A stretch of DNA of 64,000 nucleotides from Pseudomonadota bacterium (GTDB taxonomy: Bacteria > Pseudomonadota > Alphaproteobacteria > Acetobacterales > Acetobacteraceae). Of this stretch, positions 15,876 to 25,937 are shown piece by piece. Where the stretch lies: assembly GCA_021818505.1 (NCBI GenBank), contig JAKADX010000001.1, positions 111,432 through 175,431 on the forward strand, given 5' to 3'. The notes under the pieces are model-generated. The model was not told where the DNA came from, made no database searches, and saw nothing but the letters and a program-made list of their open reading frames with translations. The translations under genes were made by a program, and so were the position numbers. Every line of letters starts with the position of its first letter. Positions within the stretch are counted from its first letter, which is position 1.

Positions 15876-18334
15876 TAGAACCTCGTGCCGAAACCAACGC
15901 GGAAAGCTTCAAGCTGGTCGTACTGGTACCTGATCAAGGGGAGACCGAGATCGAGGTTAATCAGGCCGAACGGCGACCGCCACGACACCCCCACGCCCAC
16001 CGCGACGCGCGGGCCGGGCACGTCGAGCAGCGGCGCCGGCTGACCATTGACATACACCTTCGGCACCCCCTGCAGTGCGCCAATATCGCAGAACACGCGC
16101 CCCGACAGGCCGAGATCGGGGGACAGGGGCAACGGGAAGCGCAGTTCGGTCGATTGTGTCCAGATGAATTCGCCGCCCAGGCTGTCGGCATAGTACTGGG
16201 CCCCGACCGGCGGCGCGGCGTGCGGACCGACGCCTCCGTCGAGGAAGCCGCGCAGGTTGTCGCCGCCGAGGAAGAAGCGGTCAACGATGCTCTGCTTTCC
16301 GGCCAGCGTGTACAGATAGCCGATACCGCCGTTCACCGCGATGCCCCAGTCCCGGTTGCCCATGAGACCCTCGAGCGGGACGTAGTAGGCGGCATCCAGC
16401 TTGGCGCGCACGAAGGTTTCGTTGCCGCCGAGCCCGGCGAAGTCGGTGCCCAGTCGCGTCACCCAGCCGGAGCGCGGATCGACCACACTGTCGCGATAGT
16501 CCACCGTGATCGTCTGCCCGACCTGCGAGATGACCGTATTGCCGTGCATGTCCGCGACATAGGGGCTGGCGGTGGACAGGATGCCGTACACATCGCGGCT
16601 GACGAGCGAGTAGGTCAGCCCCTGCCGCAGATGCTCGCTGTAGGCATAGCCGCTGTTGAGCGTGAAACCGTAGCGGCGCTCGTTGTACTCCGAAACGTAT
16701 TGCAGGTTGTTGTCAATGTAGAACAGGTCCGCGCCGCCGACGATGTTGCGCCCGAAGAGGTACGGATTGTTCACCGACAGGTCGATCTGGTTCTCAAGCT
16801 GCGCGACGATGGCGTTGATGCCGGCATCGATACCGGTCCCGAGGAAGTTCTTCTCCTGCAGGCCGGCGTTCACCAACGGTCCGATATCGGTCGAGTAGCC
16901 GCCGCCGATCGTCAGTTCGCCTGTCGCCTTCTCCGAGATGTTCGTCGTCACCAACGTGCGGTCCGGCGCGGAGCCCGGCGTGTGGGAGATATCGACACTG
17001 GTGAAGTAGCCAAGATCGTCCAGCACCTGCTTAGACCGCCGCAACTGCGCCTCGTTGAAAGCGTCGCCGTCAGCCAGCCGCATCTCCCGCCGGATCACGG
17101 AATCCTCGGTGCGTTGGTTGCCGACGATATCGACGCGCTCGACATAGATGCGCGGCGCGTCGGCCACGTCGAACACCAGATCCAGCGTGTGCTTCTTCGG
17201 ATCGCGCGAAATTCTCGGCTTGACCGCAACAAAGGCGATGCCGCGGCGCCGCACCGCGTCGGTGAGCGACTGCACGTTGCGCTCCACCGCATCGCCATCG
17301 TACCAGTCGCCCGCACGGATATCGACAACCGGCTGCAGCGACTTGCCATCGACGTGTCGCAGCGTCGATTCCACGCTGACCTTGGCGACCCGATAGCGCG
17401 CGCCTTCCTTCAACGTGAATGTGACGAAGAAGGAGGAACGGTCCGGCGCCAGTTCCGCGGAGGTGTCGGTGACGGCAAAGTCCACGTAACCGTTGCGCAG
17501 GTAGAAGCGGCGCAGCAGTTCGCGGTCGAAGTTCACGCGCTCCGCGTTGTACTCATCGCTGCTCGACAGGAAGCGGTACCAGGCCTGCTCGCGGCTGTCC
17601 ACCACCTCGCGCAGCCGGCTCTCGCTGAAGGCGTGATTGCCGACGAAGATGATGCGGCTGACCAGCGTGATCGGGCCCTCGGTGATCTGGAACACGACAT
17701 CGACGCGGTTGTCCCGCAGCTTGATGATTTTCGGCTCGACCCGCGCACCGTAACGGCCGTGCGCGGCATACATGTCCAGGATGCGCTGCCGGTCGGCCTG
17801 CGCCAGCGCCGTCGTGAACACGCCGCGCTGCTTGAGTTGCAGCACGCCGCGCAGCGTTTCGTCATTGAGCTTGCGGTTGCCCTCGAAGGCGATGCGGTTG
17901 ATCGTCGGATTTTCCGCGACATGCACGACCAGCGAGGACCCGACACGGTCGATCCGCACGTCGGAGAATAATCCCGTCGCATACAGCGTCTTCAGGCTGC
18001 GGTCGATCCGGTCGGCGTCGAATGGGTCGCCCGGCTGCACCAGCATGTAGGAACGGATGGTGGCTGCCTCGATGCGCTGATTGCCCTCGATTCGCACGTC
18101 GGCAATGGTGCCACCGGCCAGCAGCCGCTGCGCCGCCTGCGTGGCCGGAGTCGTCTGCGCCAGCACCGGCGTCGCCGACGGCCCCAGAAGGGCGGACATG
18201 CCGATCAGCGACGCAAGCACGCCTACGCGAATGCGAACCAAGAGCCAAAATCCCCTGCGGCGGCGCCGCCCACCACAAGACGGCATCCTGGACGAACGCG
18301 AGTCGGGCGGGCTGCCGCGCGACGCGGCGGACAA
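15875..18334 (-). CDS. bamA: Outer membrane protein assembly factor BamA
   Basis: 819-aa ORF with POTRA repeats (IADVRIEGNQRIEAATIRSY...) and a C-terminal Omp85 barrel ending ...FRVGFGTRF. The true start may be the internal Met at 18286. Confidence 0.92.
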   Translation of the reverse strand: MSAASRGSPPDSRSSRMPSCGGRRRRRGFWLLVRIRVGVLASLIGMSALLGPSATPVLAQTTPATQAAQRLLAGGTIADVRIEGNQRIEAATIRSYMLVQPGDPFDADRIDRSLKTLYATGLFSDVRIDRVGSSLVVHVAENPTINRIAFEGNRKLNDETLRGVLQLKQRGVFTTALAQADRQRILDMYAAHGRYGARVEPKIIKLRDNRVDVVFQITEGPITLVSRIIFVGNHAFSESRLREVVDSREQAWYRFLSSSDEYNAERVNFDRELLRRFYLRNGYVDFAVTDTSAELAPDRSSFFVTFTLKEGARYRVAKVSVESTLRHVDGKSLQPVVDIRAGDWYDGDAVERNVQSLTDAVRRRGIAFVAVKPRISRDPKKHTLDLVFDVADAPRIYVERVDIVGNQRTEDSVIRREMRLADGDAFNEAQLRRSKQVLDDLGYFTSVDISHTPGSAPDRTLVTTNISEKATGELTIGGGYSTDIGPLVNAGLQEKNFLGTGIDAGINAIVAQLENQIDLSVNNPYLFGRNIVGGADLFYIDNNLQYVSEYNERRYGFTLNSGYAYSEHLRQGLTYSLVSRDVYGILSTASPYVADMHGNTVISQVGQTITVDYRDSVVDPRSGWVTRLGTDFAGLGGNETFVRAKLDAAYYVPLEGLMGNRDWGIAVNGGIGYLYTLAGKQSIVDRFFLGGDNLRGFLDGGVGPHAAPPVGAQYYADSLGGEFIWTQSTELRFPLPLSPDLGLSGRVFCDIGALQGVPKVYVNGQPAPLLDVPGPRVAVGVGVSWRSPFGLINLDLGLPLIRYQYDQLEAFRVGFGTRF

Positions 18335-18433
18335 TAGCCATGCTCCGGAAGTTCCGCTACCCGTGAACGACGGTTTAAAGCGTGTTCAGCCGAATCGAAA
18401 CGATCAGCTCGCCCGGCGGACGCGGCGGCACGC

Positions 18434-18467
18434 GCGCGCAACGCCGGCCGCGCTGCGCGTTGCGCGC
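18434..18467 (-). other. 11-bp perfect GC inverted repeat in the rseP-bamA spacer
   Basis: gcgcgcaacgc (18434-18444) and gcgttgcgcgc (18457-18467) with a 12-nt loop. No U-tract on the minus strand. Confidence 0.3.
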
Positions 18468-18489
18468 TTTCACGCCGCGGCCGAGCGGA

Positions 18490-19626
18490 CTAGCCGATCA
18501 GGTGCGCCACCCAGCGCACCAGCCCCATATGCGAAAGGTCATTCCACGTCGCGAACACGAACAGCCCGACCAGCAACGCGAATCCGGCGCGGAAGCCGTA
18601 TTCCACCGCACGCGGCGGCAGCGGCCGGCCCCGCAGCGCCTCCGCCAGGAAAAACACCAGATGCCCACCGTCCAGGATCGGAATCGGGAACAGGTTGATC
18701 AGGCCGAGATTGATCGACAGCACGGCGATGAAGTCGATCAGGCTGCCGACGCCGAGCTGCGCCACCTCTCCGGAAAGCTGCGCGATGCGCAGCGGGCCGC
18801 CGAGATCTTCGGTGCCACGTCCGGCCGAAATCATCTGCCACAGCCCCGCCACGGTCTGCTGCGCGACGTACCAGCTGTGACCGACGCCTTCGACGAGGGC
18901 GTGGCCGAGGGGCAGGCGGTGAAACTCGGTGGCGTGGGCGGTCACGCCGAGGCTGCCGATGCGCCGGCCGCCCTGCTCGCGCACGCCGGTGGTCAGCGTC
19001 ACCGTCTGCTCATGGCCGCCACGGACTAAATCAAGTGTCAGTTTCTGATCCGGCCGCGCCGCGACGAGGCGCTGGATGTCCTCGAACTGCGCGACCTTCT
19101 GCCCGTCGATGGCGAGGATCCGGTCGCCGGTCTGCAACCCCGCCTGGGCCGCCGCGCTGCCCGGCAGCACCGTGCCCACGTCCGGCAGGATCACCGGCTG
19201 GCCCACGGTCGCAAACAGCAGCGCGAACAGCAGCGCCGCTAGCACGAAATTGGCGATCGGCCCGGCGGCAACGATGATGGCGCGCGAGCCGACACTCTTC
19301 TCGTGGAAGGTGCGGCCGGGAATCCAGCGCGCCCGCGCCTCCGGCGTCGCGTCCTCCGGACGCTCCTGCCCGTTCATCTTGACGTAGCCGCCGAGCGGGA
19401 TCCAGCCGATCTTCCAGGTGGTCTGCTGGCGGTCCTGCCAGGTGGCCAGCGCCCGGCCGAAGCCGATCGAGAACGCCTCGACATAGACACCGCGCCAGCG
19501 CGCCGCGAGGTAGTGGCCGAGTTCGTGGAAGAACACCAGCACGCCAAGCACGATCACGAACGGCACGGCGAAATTGAGCGGCGTCGGCAACGCGTTGAAC
19601 ACGGACACGATCCCCTGCGCAGGCAT
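18490..19626 (-). CDS. rseP: RIP site-2 zinc metalloprotease RseP
   Basis: 378 aa with HELGHY in the first TM, PDZ region and C-terminal NLFPIPILDGGH. Confidence 0.92.
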   Translation of the reverse strand: MPAQGIVSVFNALPTPLNFAVPFVIVLGVLVFFHELGHYLAARWRGVYVEAFSIGFGRALATWQDRQQTTWKIGWIPLGGYVKMNGQERPEDATPEARARWIPGRTFHEKSVGSRAIIVAAGPIANFVLAALLFALLFATVGQPVILPDVGTVLPGSAAAQAGLQTGDRILAIDGQKVAQFEDIQRLVAARPDQKLTLDLVRGGHEQTVTLTTGVREQGGRRIGSLGVTAHATEFHRLPLGHALVEGVGHSWYVAQQTVAGLWQMISAGRGTEDLGGPLRIAQLSGEVAQLGVGSLIDFIAVLSINLGLINLFPIPILDGGHLVFFLAEALRGRPLPPRAVEYGFRAGFALLVGLFVFATWNDLSHMGLVRWVAHLIG

Positions 19627-19643
19627 CAGCGGTTTAGACCCGG

Positions 19644-20810
19644 CTAGGCGGCCGCGCGCGCGGCACAGATACGCTCGGCGGCGGCGCGGGCCTCGGTGTC
19701 CAGCGCCAGCACGGCCCCGATGCTCTCTACCGGCGGCGCCCCCAGTTCCTGCAGAACATGGTCAACCGCCGAGGCAATGTCGAGGAAACCGATCCGACGA
19801 TCCAGGAATGCGGCCACCGCCACCTCATTGGCGGCATTGAGCACGCAGGGCGCCCCGCCCCCCGCCTCCAGCGCCGCGCGCGCCAGGCGCAGCGCGGGGA
19901 ACCGCTCCGCATCCGGCGGCTCGAAGCTCAGCTGGCCGAGCCGGGCGAGGTCGAGTCGCGGTGCCGGAGTGGCAATGCGCTCGGGCCAGGCCAGCGTATG
20001 GGCGATCGGCGTGCGCATGTCCGGGCTGCCGAGCTGCGCCAGCACGCTGCCGTCGCGGTAGTGGACCATGCCGTGGATCACCGATTGCGGGTGCACCAGC
20101 ACCGCGATCGCGCCGGCCGGCAGTCCGAACAGCCGCGCCGCCTCGATCACCTCCAGTCCCTTGTTCATCATCGTGGCACTGTCGATGGAGATTTTCGGCC
20201 CCATCGACCAGATCGGGTGGCGCACCGCCGTCTCCGGCCGCACGCGCGCCATTTCCTCCAGGCTTGCGGTGCGGAACGGGCCGCCGGAGGCGGTCAGCGT
20301 GATCCCCTCGATCGCCTCGCGATTGCCGTCGGCCATCGCCTGGAAGATGGCGTTGTGCTCCGAATCGACCGGCAGGAGCGTGGCGCCGTGCGAGCGCACC
20401 GCGGCCAGCATGGCGTCGCCGGCGCACACCAGCGCCTCCTTGTTGGCCAGCGCCACCGCGCCGCCCTGGCGGATCGCGGCCAGCGTTGCCGGCAAGCCGG
20501 CCGCGCCGGTGATCGCCGCCATCGTCCAATCCGCACCCAGCGCCGCCGCCGCGAGCACCGCCGCCGGCCCCGCCTCGGCAGCGATGCCGCTGCCGGCCAG
20601 CGCATCGCGCAGCGCCGGCCAGGCCGCCTCGTCGGCCACGACCGCCACTTCGGCCCGGAGTGCGCGCGCCTGTTCGGCCAGCAGCGCGGCGTTGCGTCCC
20701 CCGACCAGCGCACGCACGGCGTAGCGGCCGGGAGATGCGGCCAGAAGTTCCACCGTCTGGGTGCCGACGCTGCCGGTGCTGCCGAGAACGCTGACGGTCT
20801 TCATTGCCAC
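19644..20810 (-). CDS. dxr: 1-deoxy-D-xylulose-5-phosphate reductoisomerase
   Basis: VSVLGSTGSVGTQT..., LANKEALV, PVDSEHNAIFQ. Confidence 0.95.
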   Translation of the reverse strand: MAMKTVSVLGSTGSVGTQTVELLAASPGRYAVRALVGGRNAALLAEQARALRAEVAVVADEAAWPALRDALAGSGIAAEAGPAAVLAAAALGADWTMAAITGAAGLPATLAAIRQGGAVALANKEALVCAGDAMLAAVRSHGATLLPVDSEHNAIFQAMADGNREAIEGITLTASGGPFRTASLEEMARVRPETAVRHPIWSMGPKISIDSATMMNKGLEVIEAARLFGLPAGAIAVLVHPQSVIHGMVHYRDGSVLAQLGSPDMRTPIAHTLAWPERIATPAPRLDLARLGQLSFEPPDAERFPALRLARAALEAGGGAPCVLNAANEVAVAAFLDRRIGFLDIASAVDHVLQELGAPPVESIGAVLALDTEARAAAERICAARAAA

Positions 20811-21475
20811 AAGGCTACTCCCGGTCCGAATACCAGCGCCAGCAGGGCGGCCGCGGGCCCCGCGGCCAGCATTCCGTCCAGGCGGTCGAGCAGCCCGCCA
20901 TGGCCGGGGATCAGCGACCCCGAATCCTTCACGCCCGCCCGCCGCTTGGCGGCACTCTCGGCGAGATCGCCGACTTGCGCCAGCACCGACAGCCCGGCCG
21001 CGACCGCCGCCCCCGTCGCCCGGCCGGCGCCGAAGCCCAGCAGCGCCGCGGCCAACAGCCCGCCAGCCGCCCCCGACCAGGTCTTGCCCGGCGAAATGCG
21101 CGGCGCCAGCCTGCGTCCGCCGATCAGGCGGCCGGCCAGATAGGCGCCGATATCGGTCAGCCAGACCAGCATGACCAGGAACAGCACGTTGCCGCGCCCC
21201 ACGGCCACGTCAGAGCGCAGCCAGACAAAGGCTACGCCGGCCAGCACCGACCATGCCGCCCCCGCCAGTCCGAGCCCGAGGGGCAGCCGCATCCGCCACC
21301 ATTCGTGCAGCATCCCAAGCACCACCAGCAGCACCAGGACGTCCCACGCCCAGCCGCCAACCCACAGGCAAGCCAGCGCCAGCGGTGCCAGCACCGCGGC
21401 CGAGACGACGCGCCGACGCAGATCGCCCCAGCGGCTTCCCGCGGCCGGTGCGGCGCCCTCAACCTGGGCGGGCAC
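20801..21475 (-). CDS. cdsA: Phosphatidate cytidylyltransferase
   Basis: CdsA signature SAAKRRAGVKDSGSLIPGHGGLLDRLD. I place the start at GTG 21475, 17 nt inside the uppS 3' end. The N-terminal 48 codons of track ORF 20801..21619 are junk overlapping uppS. Confidence 0.8.
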   Translation of the reverse strand: MPAQVEGAAPAAGSRWGDLRRRVVSAAVLAPLALACLWVGGWAWDVLVLLVVLGMLHEWWRMRLPLGLGLAGAAWSVLAGVAFVWLRSDVAVGRGNVLFLVMLVWLTDIGAYLAGRLIGGRRLAPRISPGKTWSGAAGGLLAAALLGFGAGRATGAAVAAGLSVLAQVGDLAESAAKRRAGVKDSGSLIPGHGGLLDRLDGMLAAGPAAALLALVFGPGVALWQ

Positions 21476-22229
21476 CGAACCGCCGCTCCCGCCGCGCGAA
21501 CGCGGCCAGCGCGGCGGCAAATTCCGCCTCGCCGAAATCTGGCCACAGCGTGTCGAGGAACACGAACTCGGCATAGGCGGCCTGCCACAGCAGGAAATTC
21601 GACAGCCGCTGCTCGCCACTGGTGCGCACGATCAGGTCGGGATCGGGAAAGCCCGCGGTTTCCAGCAGCGCGCCGAACCCCTCCTCGGTCAGTGCGGCCA
21701 GGTCCAGCCGGCCGTCACGCACCGCCTCCGCCACCCGCCGCGCGGCCGCGACGATCTCACCCCGCGCGCCGTAGGACAGCGCGATCACCAGATTGAGCCG
21801 CGTATTGCCGGCGGTCGCGACCTCGGCGCGGGCGAGTTCGGTCTGGATGTCGGTGGGGAAACGTTCCAGTTCGCCGATGAAGCGCAGGCGCACGCCCTCG
21901 GCGGTCAATTCCGCAATCTCGCTTCGCAAATAGTGGCGCAGCAGGCCGGTCAGGTCGAGCACCTCGGCGGCGGGGCGGCGCCAGTTCTCGCTGGAGAAGG
22001 CATAGAGCGTCAGCCATTGCACGCCGTGGCGGATCGCCGACTCGATGGTGCGGCGCACCGCCTGGGCGCCCGCACGATGGCCGGCCACACGCGGCAGGCC
22101 ACGCGCGGCGGCCCAGCGGCCGTTGCCGTCCATGATAACGGCGACGTGGACCGGCACTGCCTCCGGCGCGGCGGCGGAACACTCGGGCGCCGCCTCGCGC
22201 GGCAGAGATACTGTGTTGCCGATCGACAC
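21459..22229 (-). CDS. uppS: Isoprenyl transferase (undecaprenyl diphosphate synthase)
   Basis: HVAVIMDGNGRWA...LTLYAFSSENWRRP...RTSGEQRLSNFLLWQAAYAE. Confidence 0.95.
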   Translation of the reverse strand: MSIGNTVSLPREAAPECSAAAPEAVPVHVAVIMDGNGRWAAARGLPRVAGHRAGAQAVRRTIESAIRHGVQWLTLYAFSSENWRRPAAEVLDLTGLLRHYLRSEIAELTAEGVRLRFIGELERFPTDIQTELARAEVATAGNTRLNLVIALSYGARGEIVAAARRVAEAVRDGRLDLAALTEEGFGALLETAGFPDPDLIVRTSGEQRLSNFLLWQAAYAEFVFLDTLWPDFGEAEFAAALAAFARRERRFGARPG

Positions 22230-22234
22230 TCGCG

Positions 22235-22801
22235 TCAGACCTGCTTGATTTCCTTGTCTTTTTCCGCGAGCGCGTCATCGACGCGCTTGACGTACGCATC
22301 GGTCAGCTTCTGGATCTCGTCCTGCCAGCGGGTCTGGTCGTCCTGGCTGATCGAGCCCTTTTTCTCCATCGTCTTGATCTGCTCCATGCCGTCGCGCCGC
22401 ACGCCGCGCACCGCCACTTTCGCACTTTCGGCGTATTTATGCGCGGCTTTCGACAATTCCGCGCGCCGTTCGCCGGTCAATTGTGGGATCGGCACCCGCA
22501 CAAGTTGCCCATCCGCACCCGGATTCAGACCGAGGCCGGCATCGCGGATTGCGGTGACCACGTGATTGACGAGACTGCGGTCCCAGACCTGCACCGTAAT
22601 CATCCGCGCCTCCGGCACCGCGATGGTGCCGACCTGGCTCAGCGGCATCTCGCTGCCATAGGCGGACACCCGCACGGGTTCCAGCAGCGCCGGGCTCGCG
22701 CGGCCGGAGCGCAGGCCGCTGAATTCGCGCCGCAGCGTCTCCAGCGCGCCGTCCATCCGTCGGCTCAGGTCCTGCTTGAGGCTGTTCAGGTCGTTGGCCA
22801 T
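22235..22801 (-). CDS. frr: Ribosome recycling factor
   Basis: Start [12 protein letters not shown] at 22801. [16 protein letters not shown]...[14 protein letters not shown]. Confidence 0.93.
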   Translation of the reverse strand: MANDLNSLKQDLSRRMDGALETLRREFSGLRSGRASPALLEPVRVSAYGSEMPLSQVGTIAVPEARMITVQVWDRSLVNHVVTAIRDAGLGLNPGADGQLVRVPIPQLTGERRAELSKAAHKYAESAKVAVRGVRRDGMEQIKTMEKKGSISQDDQTRWQDEIQKLTDAYVKRVDDALAEKDKEIKQV

Positions 22802-22873
22802 GTGAACCCCCCTACCCTGCATTCCGGGCGCGAATATGACGCGCTGCCGGCGCGCGGTCGAACCCGGCGGCGG

Positions 22874-23611
22874 CTATTGCGGCTCGAAAATCGTCGTGAA
22901 CCGCCCTTCGCCGCGCATCACCTGAGCGAAGGCGCCGGGGGCGTGGATGTTGAAGACCACAATCGGCAGCCCGTTCTCGCGCGCCAGGCTGATCGCGGCG
23001 GCGTCCATCACGCCCAGATCGCGCGACAGCACCTCCAGATAGGTCAGACGCTCGAATCGGGTCGCGTCCGGCACCCGGCGCGGGTCGGCGGAATAGACGC
23101 CGTCCACCTGCGTGCCCTTGAGCAGGGTGTCGCAATTCATCTCCGCGGCGCGCAGGGCGGCGGCAGTGTCGGTGGTGAAGAATGGGTTGCCGGTGCCGGC
23201 GGCGAAGATCACTACCCGCCCCTTCTCCATGTGCCGCTCGGCGCGACGGCGGATATAGGGCTCGCAGATGCTGGCCATCGGGATCGCCGACTGCACCCGT
23301 GTCGCCACCCCGCGCTTCTCCAAGGCACTCTGCATCGCCAGCGCGTTCATCACGGTGGCGAGCATTCCCATGTAGTCGGCCTGGGCGCGGTCCATGCCGC
23401 CGGCGGCGCCCCGCACACCGCGGAAGATGTTGCCGCCGCCGATCACCACGCAGACCTGCACGCCCATGGCCACCACATCGGCGATGTCGGCGGCGATGCG
23501 GGCGGCGGTGTCGGTGTCCAGCCCGTAGTCCCGCCGCCCCATCAGCGCCTCGCCGGAGAGCTTCAGCAGCACCCGGCGCGGCGTGGCGGAAACGGCGGCG
23601 GGTTGGCTCAT
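22874..23611 (-). CDS. pyrH: UMP kinase
   Basis: [13 protein letters not shown]...[10 protein letters not shown]...[17 protein letters not shown]. Its ATG overlaps the tsf stop (TGATG). Confidence 0.95.
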   Translation of the reverse strand: MSQPAAVSATPRRVLLKLSGEALMGRRDYGLDTDTAARIAADIADVVAMGVQVCVVIGGGNIFRGVRGAAGGMDRAQADYMGMLATVMNALAMQSALEKRGVATRVQSAIPMASICEPYIRRRAERHMEKGRVVIFAAGTGNPFFTTDTAAALRAAEMNCDTLLKGTQVDGVYSADPRRVPDATRFERLTYLEVLSRDLGVMDAAAISLARENGLPIVVFNIHAPGAFAQVMRGEGRFTTIFEPQ

Positions 23612-24528
23612 CAGGGGGTCAATCCGGCGGCAGCAGCCACCTCGGCCGCGAAATCGGCGCCGGCTGGGCGGTCGATGCCCTCGCCGAGGGCAAAACGAGC
23701 GAACCCGGCCAGCTCGGCGCCGGATTTCTTCACCACCGCCCGCACCCGGTTCTCGCCGTCATGCACCCAGACCTGCTCCAGCAAGACCACTTCCTCGTAG
23801 TACTTCCGGATACGGCCTTCCACCATTTTCGCGATGATCGCCTCCGGCTTGCCGGATGCGCGTGCCTGCTCGGCCAGCACCGACTTCTCACGCTCCAGCG
23901 CGGCCGGGTCCACATCGGCGATGTCCAGCACGTCCGGCCGCGCCGCCGCGACATGCATGCCGACCTGCCGCCCCAGCGTCTCCAGCGCGTCAAGTTCCGA
24001 GGCACCGGCAACCGCCACCAGCACGCCGATCTTGCCCAGGCCCGGCTTGACCGCGTTGTGGACGTAGGTGGCAACCACGCCCTGCGCGACCTCGAAGCGT
24101 TTGGCCCGGCGGATGTTCATGTTCTCGCCGATGGTGGCGACGAGGTGCGTCAGTTCCTCCGCCACCGTCCGCCCGCTGCCGGGATAGGGCGCGCCCCCGA
24201 TCGCACCGAGGTCGTCGCCGACCTCCAGCGCGATTTGTGCAACCGACCTGACAAATTGCTGAAAGGTCTCGTTACGGGCAACGAAGTCGGTTTCGGCATT
24301 GACCTCGACCATGGCGGCTCGGCCGGGCGCGGAAGCAACGCCGACCAGACCCTCGGCCGCGATCCGGCCCGATTTCTTGGCTGCCGCCGACAGGCCCTTC
24401 TTGCGCAGCCAGTCGATCGCGGCCTCCATGTCGCCGCCCGATTCGGTCAGCGCGCGCTTGCAGTCCATCATGCCCGCGCCGGTGCGCTCGCGCAGGTCCT
24501 TCACCAGGGCGGCCGTGATCTCGGCCAT
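23611..24528 (-). CDS. tsf: Translation elongation factor Ts
   Basis: [45 protein letters not shown]. Confidence 0.95.
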   Translation of the reverse strand: MAEITAALVKDLRERTGAGMMDCKRALTESGGDMEAAIDWLRKKGLSAAAKKSGRIAAEGLVGVASAPGRAAMVEVNAETDFVARNETFQQFVRSVAQIALEVGDDLGAIGGAPYPGSGRTVAEELTHLVATIGENMNIRRAKRFEVAQGVVATYVHNAVKPGLGKIGVLVAVAGASELDALETLGRQVGMHVAAARPDVLDIADVDPAALEREKSVLAEQARASGKPEAIIAKMVEGRIRKYYEEVVLLEQVWVHDGENRVRAVVKKSGAELAGFARFALGEGIDRPAGADFAAEVAAAAGLTP

Positions 24529-24564
24529 GGCGGAATCTCCTTCGACTGGTCCTGGGGCGGCTGC

Positions 24565-25338
24565 TCAGGCGGCCGGGTGTTCGGCGGGCTCGGCCGCCGG
24601 CTCGGGCGGCAGTTCCTCGGCCTCGCCGATGTCGCGGCCGCTCGCCATCATCTCTGCGCTGATACCGTCCAGCACGGCGGCCGCGACGAGGTCACAATAG
24701 AGCGTGATGGCCCGGATGGCGTCGTCGTTGCCGGGAATCGGGAAGGTGACGCCGTGCGGGTCGGAGTTGCTGTCCAGCACCGCGACCACCGGGATGCCGA
24801 GCTTGGTGGCCTCCTCGACCGCGAGCTTCTCCTTGTTCGTGTCGATGATGAACAGGATGTCCGGCAGTCCGCCCATTTCCTTGATGCCGCCCAGCGCGCG
24901 CTCCAGCTTCTCGCGGTCGCGGGTGATATCCAGGATTTCCTTCTTGGTCAGGCCCTGGGTGTCGCCGGAAAGCATGTCCTCGATCTGGCGCAGGCGCTTG
25001 ATGCTGCCGGTAATGGTCTTCCAGTTGGTCAGCATCCCGCCGAGCCAGCGGTGGTTGACGTAGTACTGGCCGCATCGCTTGGCGCTGTCGGCGACATAGT
25101 CAGCGGCGGCGCGCTTGGTGCCGACGAACAGCACGCGCCCGCCGGCGGCGACCACGTCGCGGACGGCGCGCAGCGCGCGGTCGAGCAGGGGGACGGTCTG
25201 CTGGAGGTCGATGATGTGGACCTGGTTACGCACGCCGTAGAGATACGGCTTCATGCTGGGGTTCCAGCGCCGCGTGTGGTGGCCGAAATGCACGCCGGCT
25301 TCCAGAAGCTGGCGCAGGGTGAAGTCGGGCATGGCCAT
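24565..25338 (-). CDS. rpsB: 30S ribosomal protein S2
   Basis: [25 protein letters not shown]...IIDLQQT...VLFVGTK. Confidence 0.95.
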   Translation of the reverse strand: MAMPDFTLRQLLEAGVHFGHHTRRWNPSMKPYLYGVRNQVHIIDLQQTVPLLDRALRAVRDVVAAGGRVLFVGTKRAAADYVADSAKRCGQYYVNHRWLGGMLTNWKTITGSIKRLRQIEDMLSGDTQGLTKKEILDITRDREKLERALGGIKEMGGLPDILFIIDTNKEKLAVEEATKLGIPVVAVLDSNSDPHGVTFPIPGNDDAIRAITLYCDLVAAAVLDGISAEMMASGRDIGEAEELPPEPAAEPAEHPAA

Positions 25339-25541
25339 CGGGGATGGTCCTCTCGTGTCCGGTTGAGCCTCCGCGGGGCAGCGCCGACGAGCGGCACCGG
25401 ATCTCGACCGCTCCGGCCAGGAGCGGGCGGGAGGCGCCCCGCGTGTGAATTACCGGCGGCCTGGCAGGCCGACCAGCGGGCGGGGTATGGCGGGAAAGTC
25501 GGGCGGATGCAAGCGCGCCACGGCGGACCTGCGCTGGCGGC

Positions 25542-25937
25542 CTAGACGTCCCCGGGCCGCCGCCCCTCCGCATAACCGTGCCGCTCGAAATGCTCCAGCG
25601 CGGAGGTGACCGACCCCGTCTGGACGCTCTCGCGCACGTCGGGGTAGGTGTGCAGGTACCAGCCCTCATCCACTTCCATCGCGAACGGCCGCCTTCCCTC
25701 GAAATAGCCATGCTCGATGAAATGATGCCGGCCGCTGCGATAGGTGCCGGCACGGATCGCCTCGTCCACGTCGGGATAGGTGCGGCGATACCACGCCTCC
25801 TCGAACGGCAGGCTGCGCAGGAACAGTTTCACCAGATCAAGCAGTTCGTCATAGGTCATGTCGACCTTGAGCTGCCCCTTCAGTGACAGCAGCCGCACCG
25901 AGCCTTTCAGCACGGCAAACGGAGGCAGGTAGGTCAC
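25542..25937 (-). CDS. Small hypothetical protein with two copies of a WY..TYPDV...HF..HGY.EGRRP motif
   Basis: 131 aa. The GTG start overlaps the stop of the 1536-aa gene (GTGA). Repeat 1 is EEAWYRRTYPDVDEAIRAGTYRSGRHHFIEHGYFEGRRPF. Repeat 2 is DEGWYLHTYPDVRESVQTGSVTSALEHFERHGYAEGRRPG. Confidence 0.65.
   Translation of the reverse strand: MTYLPPFAVLKGSVRLLSLKGQLKVDMTYDELLDLVKLFLRSLPFEEAWYRRTYPDVDEAIRAGTYRSGRHHFIEHGYFEGRRPFAMEVDEGWYLHTYPDVRESVQTGSVTSALEHFERHGYAEGRRPGDV

Noticed and set aside
25339-25541. Structured autoregulatory leader upstream of rpsB
   Set aside because: A 7-bp hairpin (ccgctcc/ggagcgg) and a weak TTGCAT-N17-CATACC promoter-like pair are visible on the minus strand. I cannot match either to a known S2 leader. 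The evidence is too weak to call.
23182-25545. Long antisense ORFs. This 787-aa example stands for many: 1080..2006, 4722..5933, 7635..8969, 9792..11123, 16154..17971, 25883..27754, 28124..30766, 34615..37527, 36987..39296, 39687..41039, 40595..41860, 42354..43550, 49..50.5 kb and 54189..55196
   Set aside because: Each lies opposite a gene with clear homology motifs and has Arg/Pro/Gly/Ala-dominated, motif-free translations. Stop codons are rare in about 70% GC DNA, so such shadow ORFs are expected.
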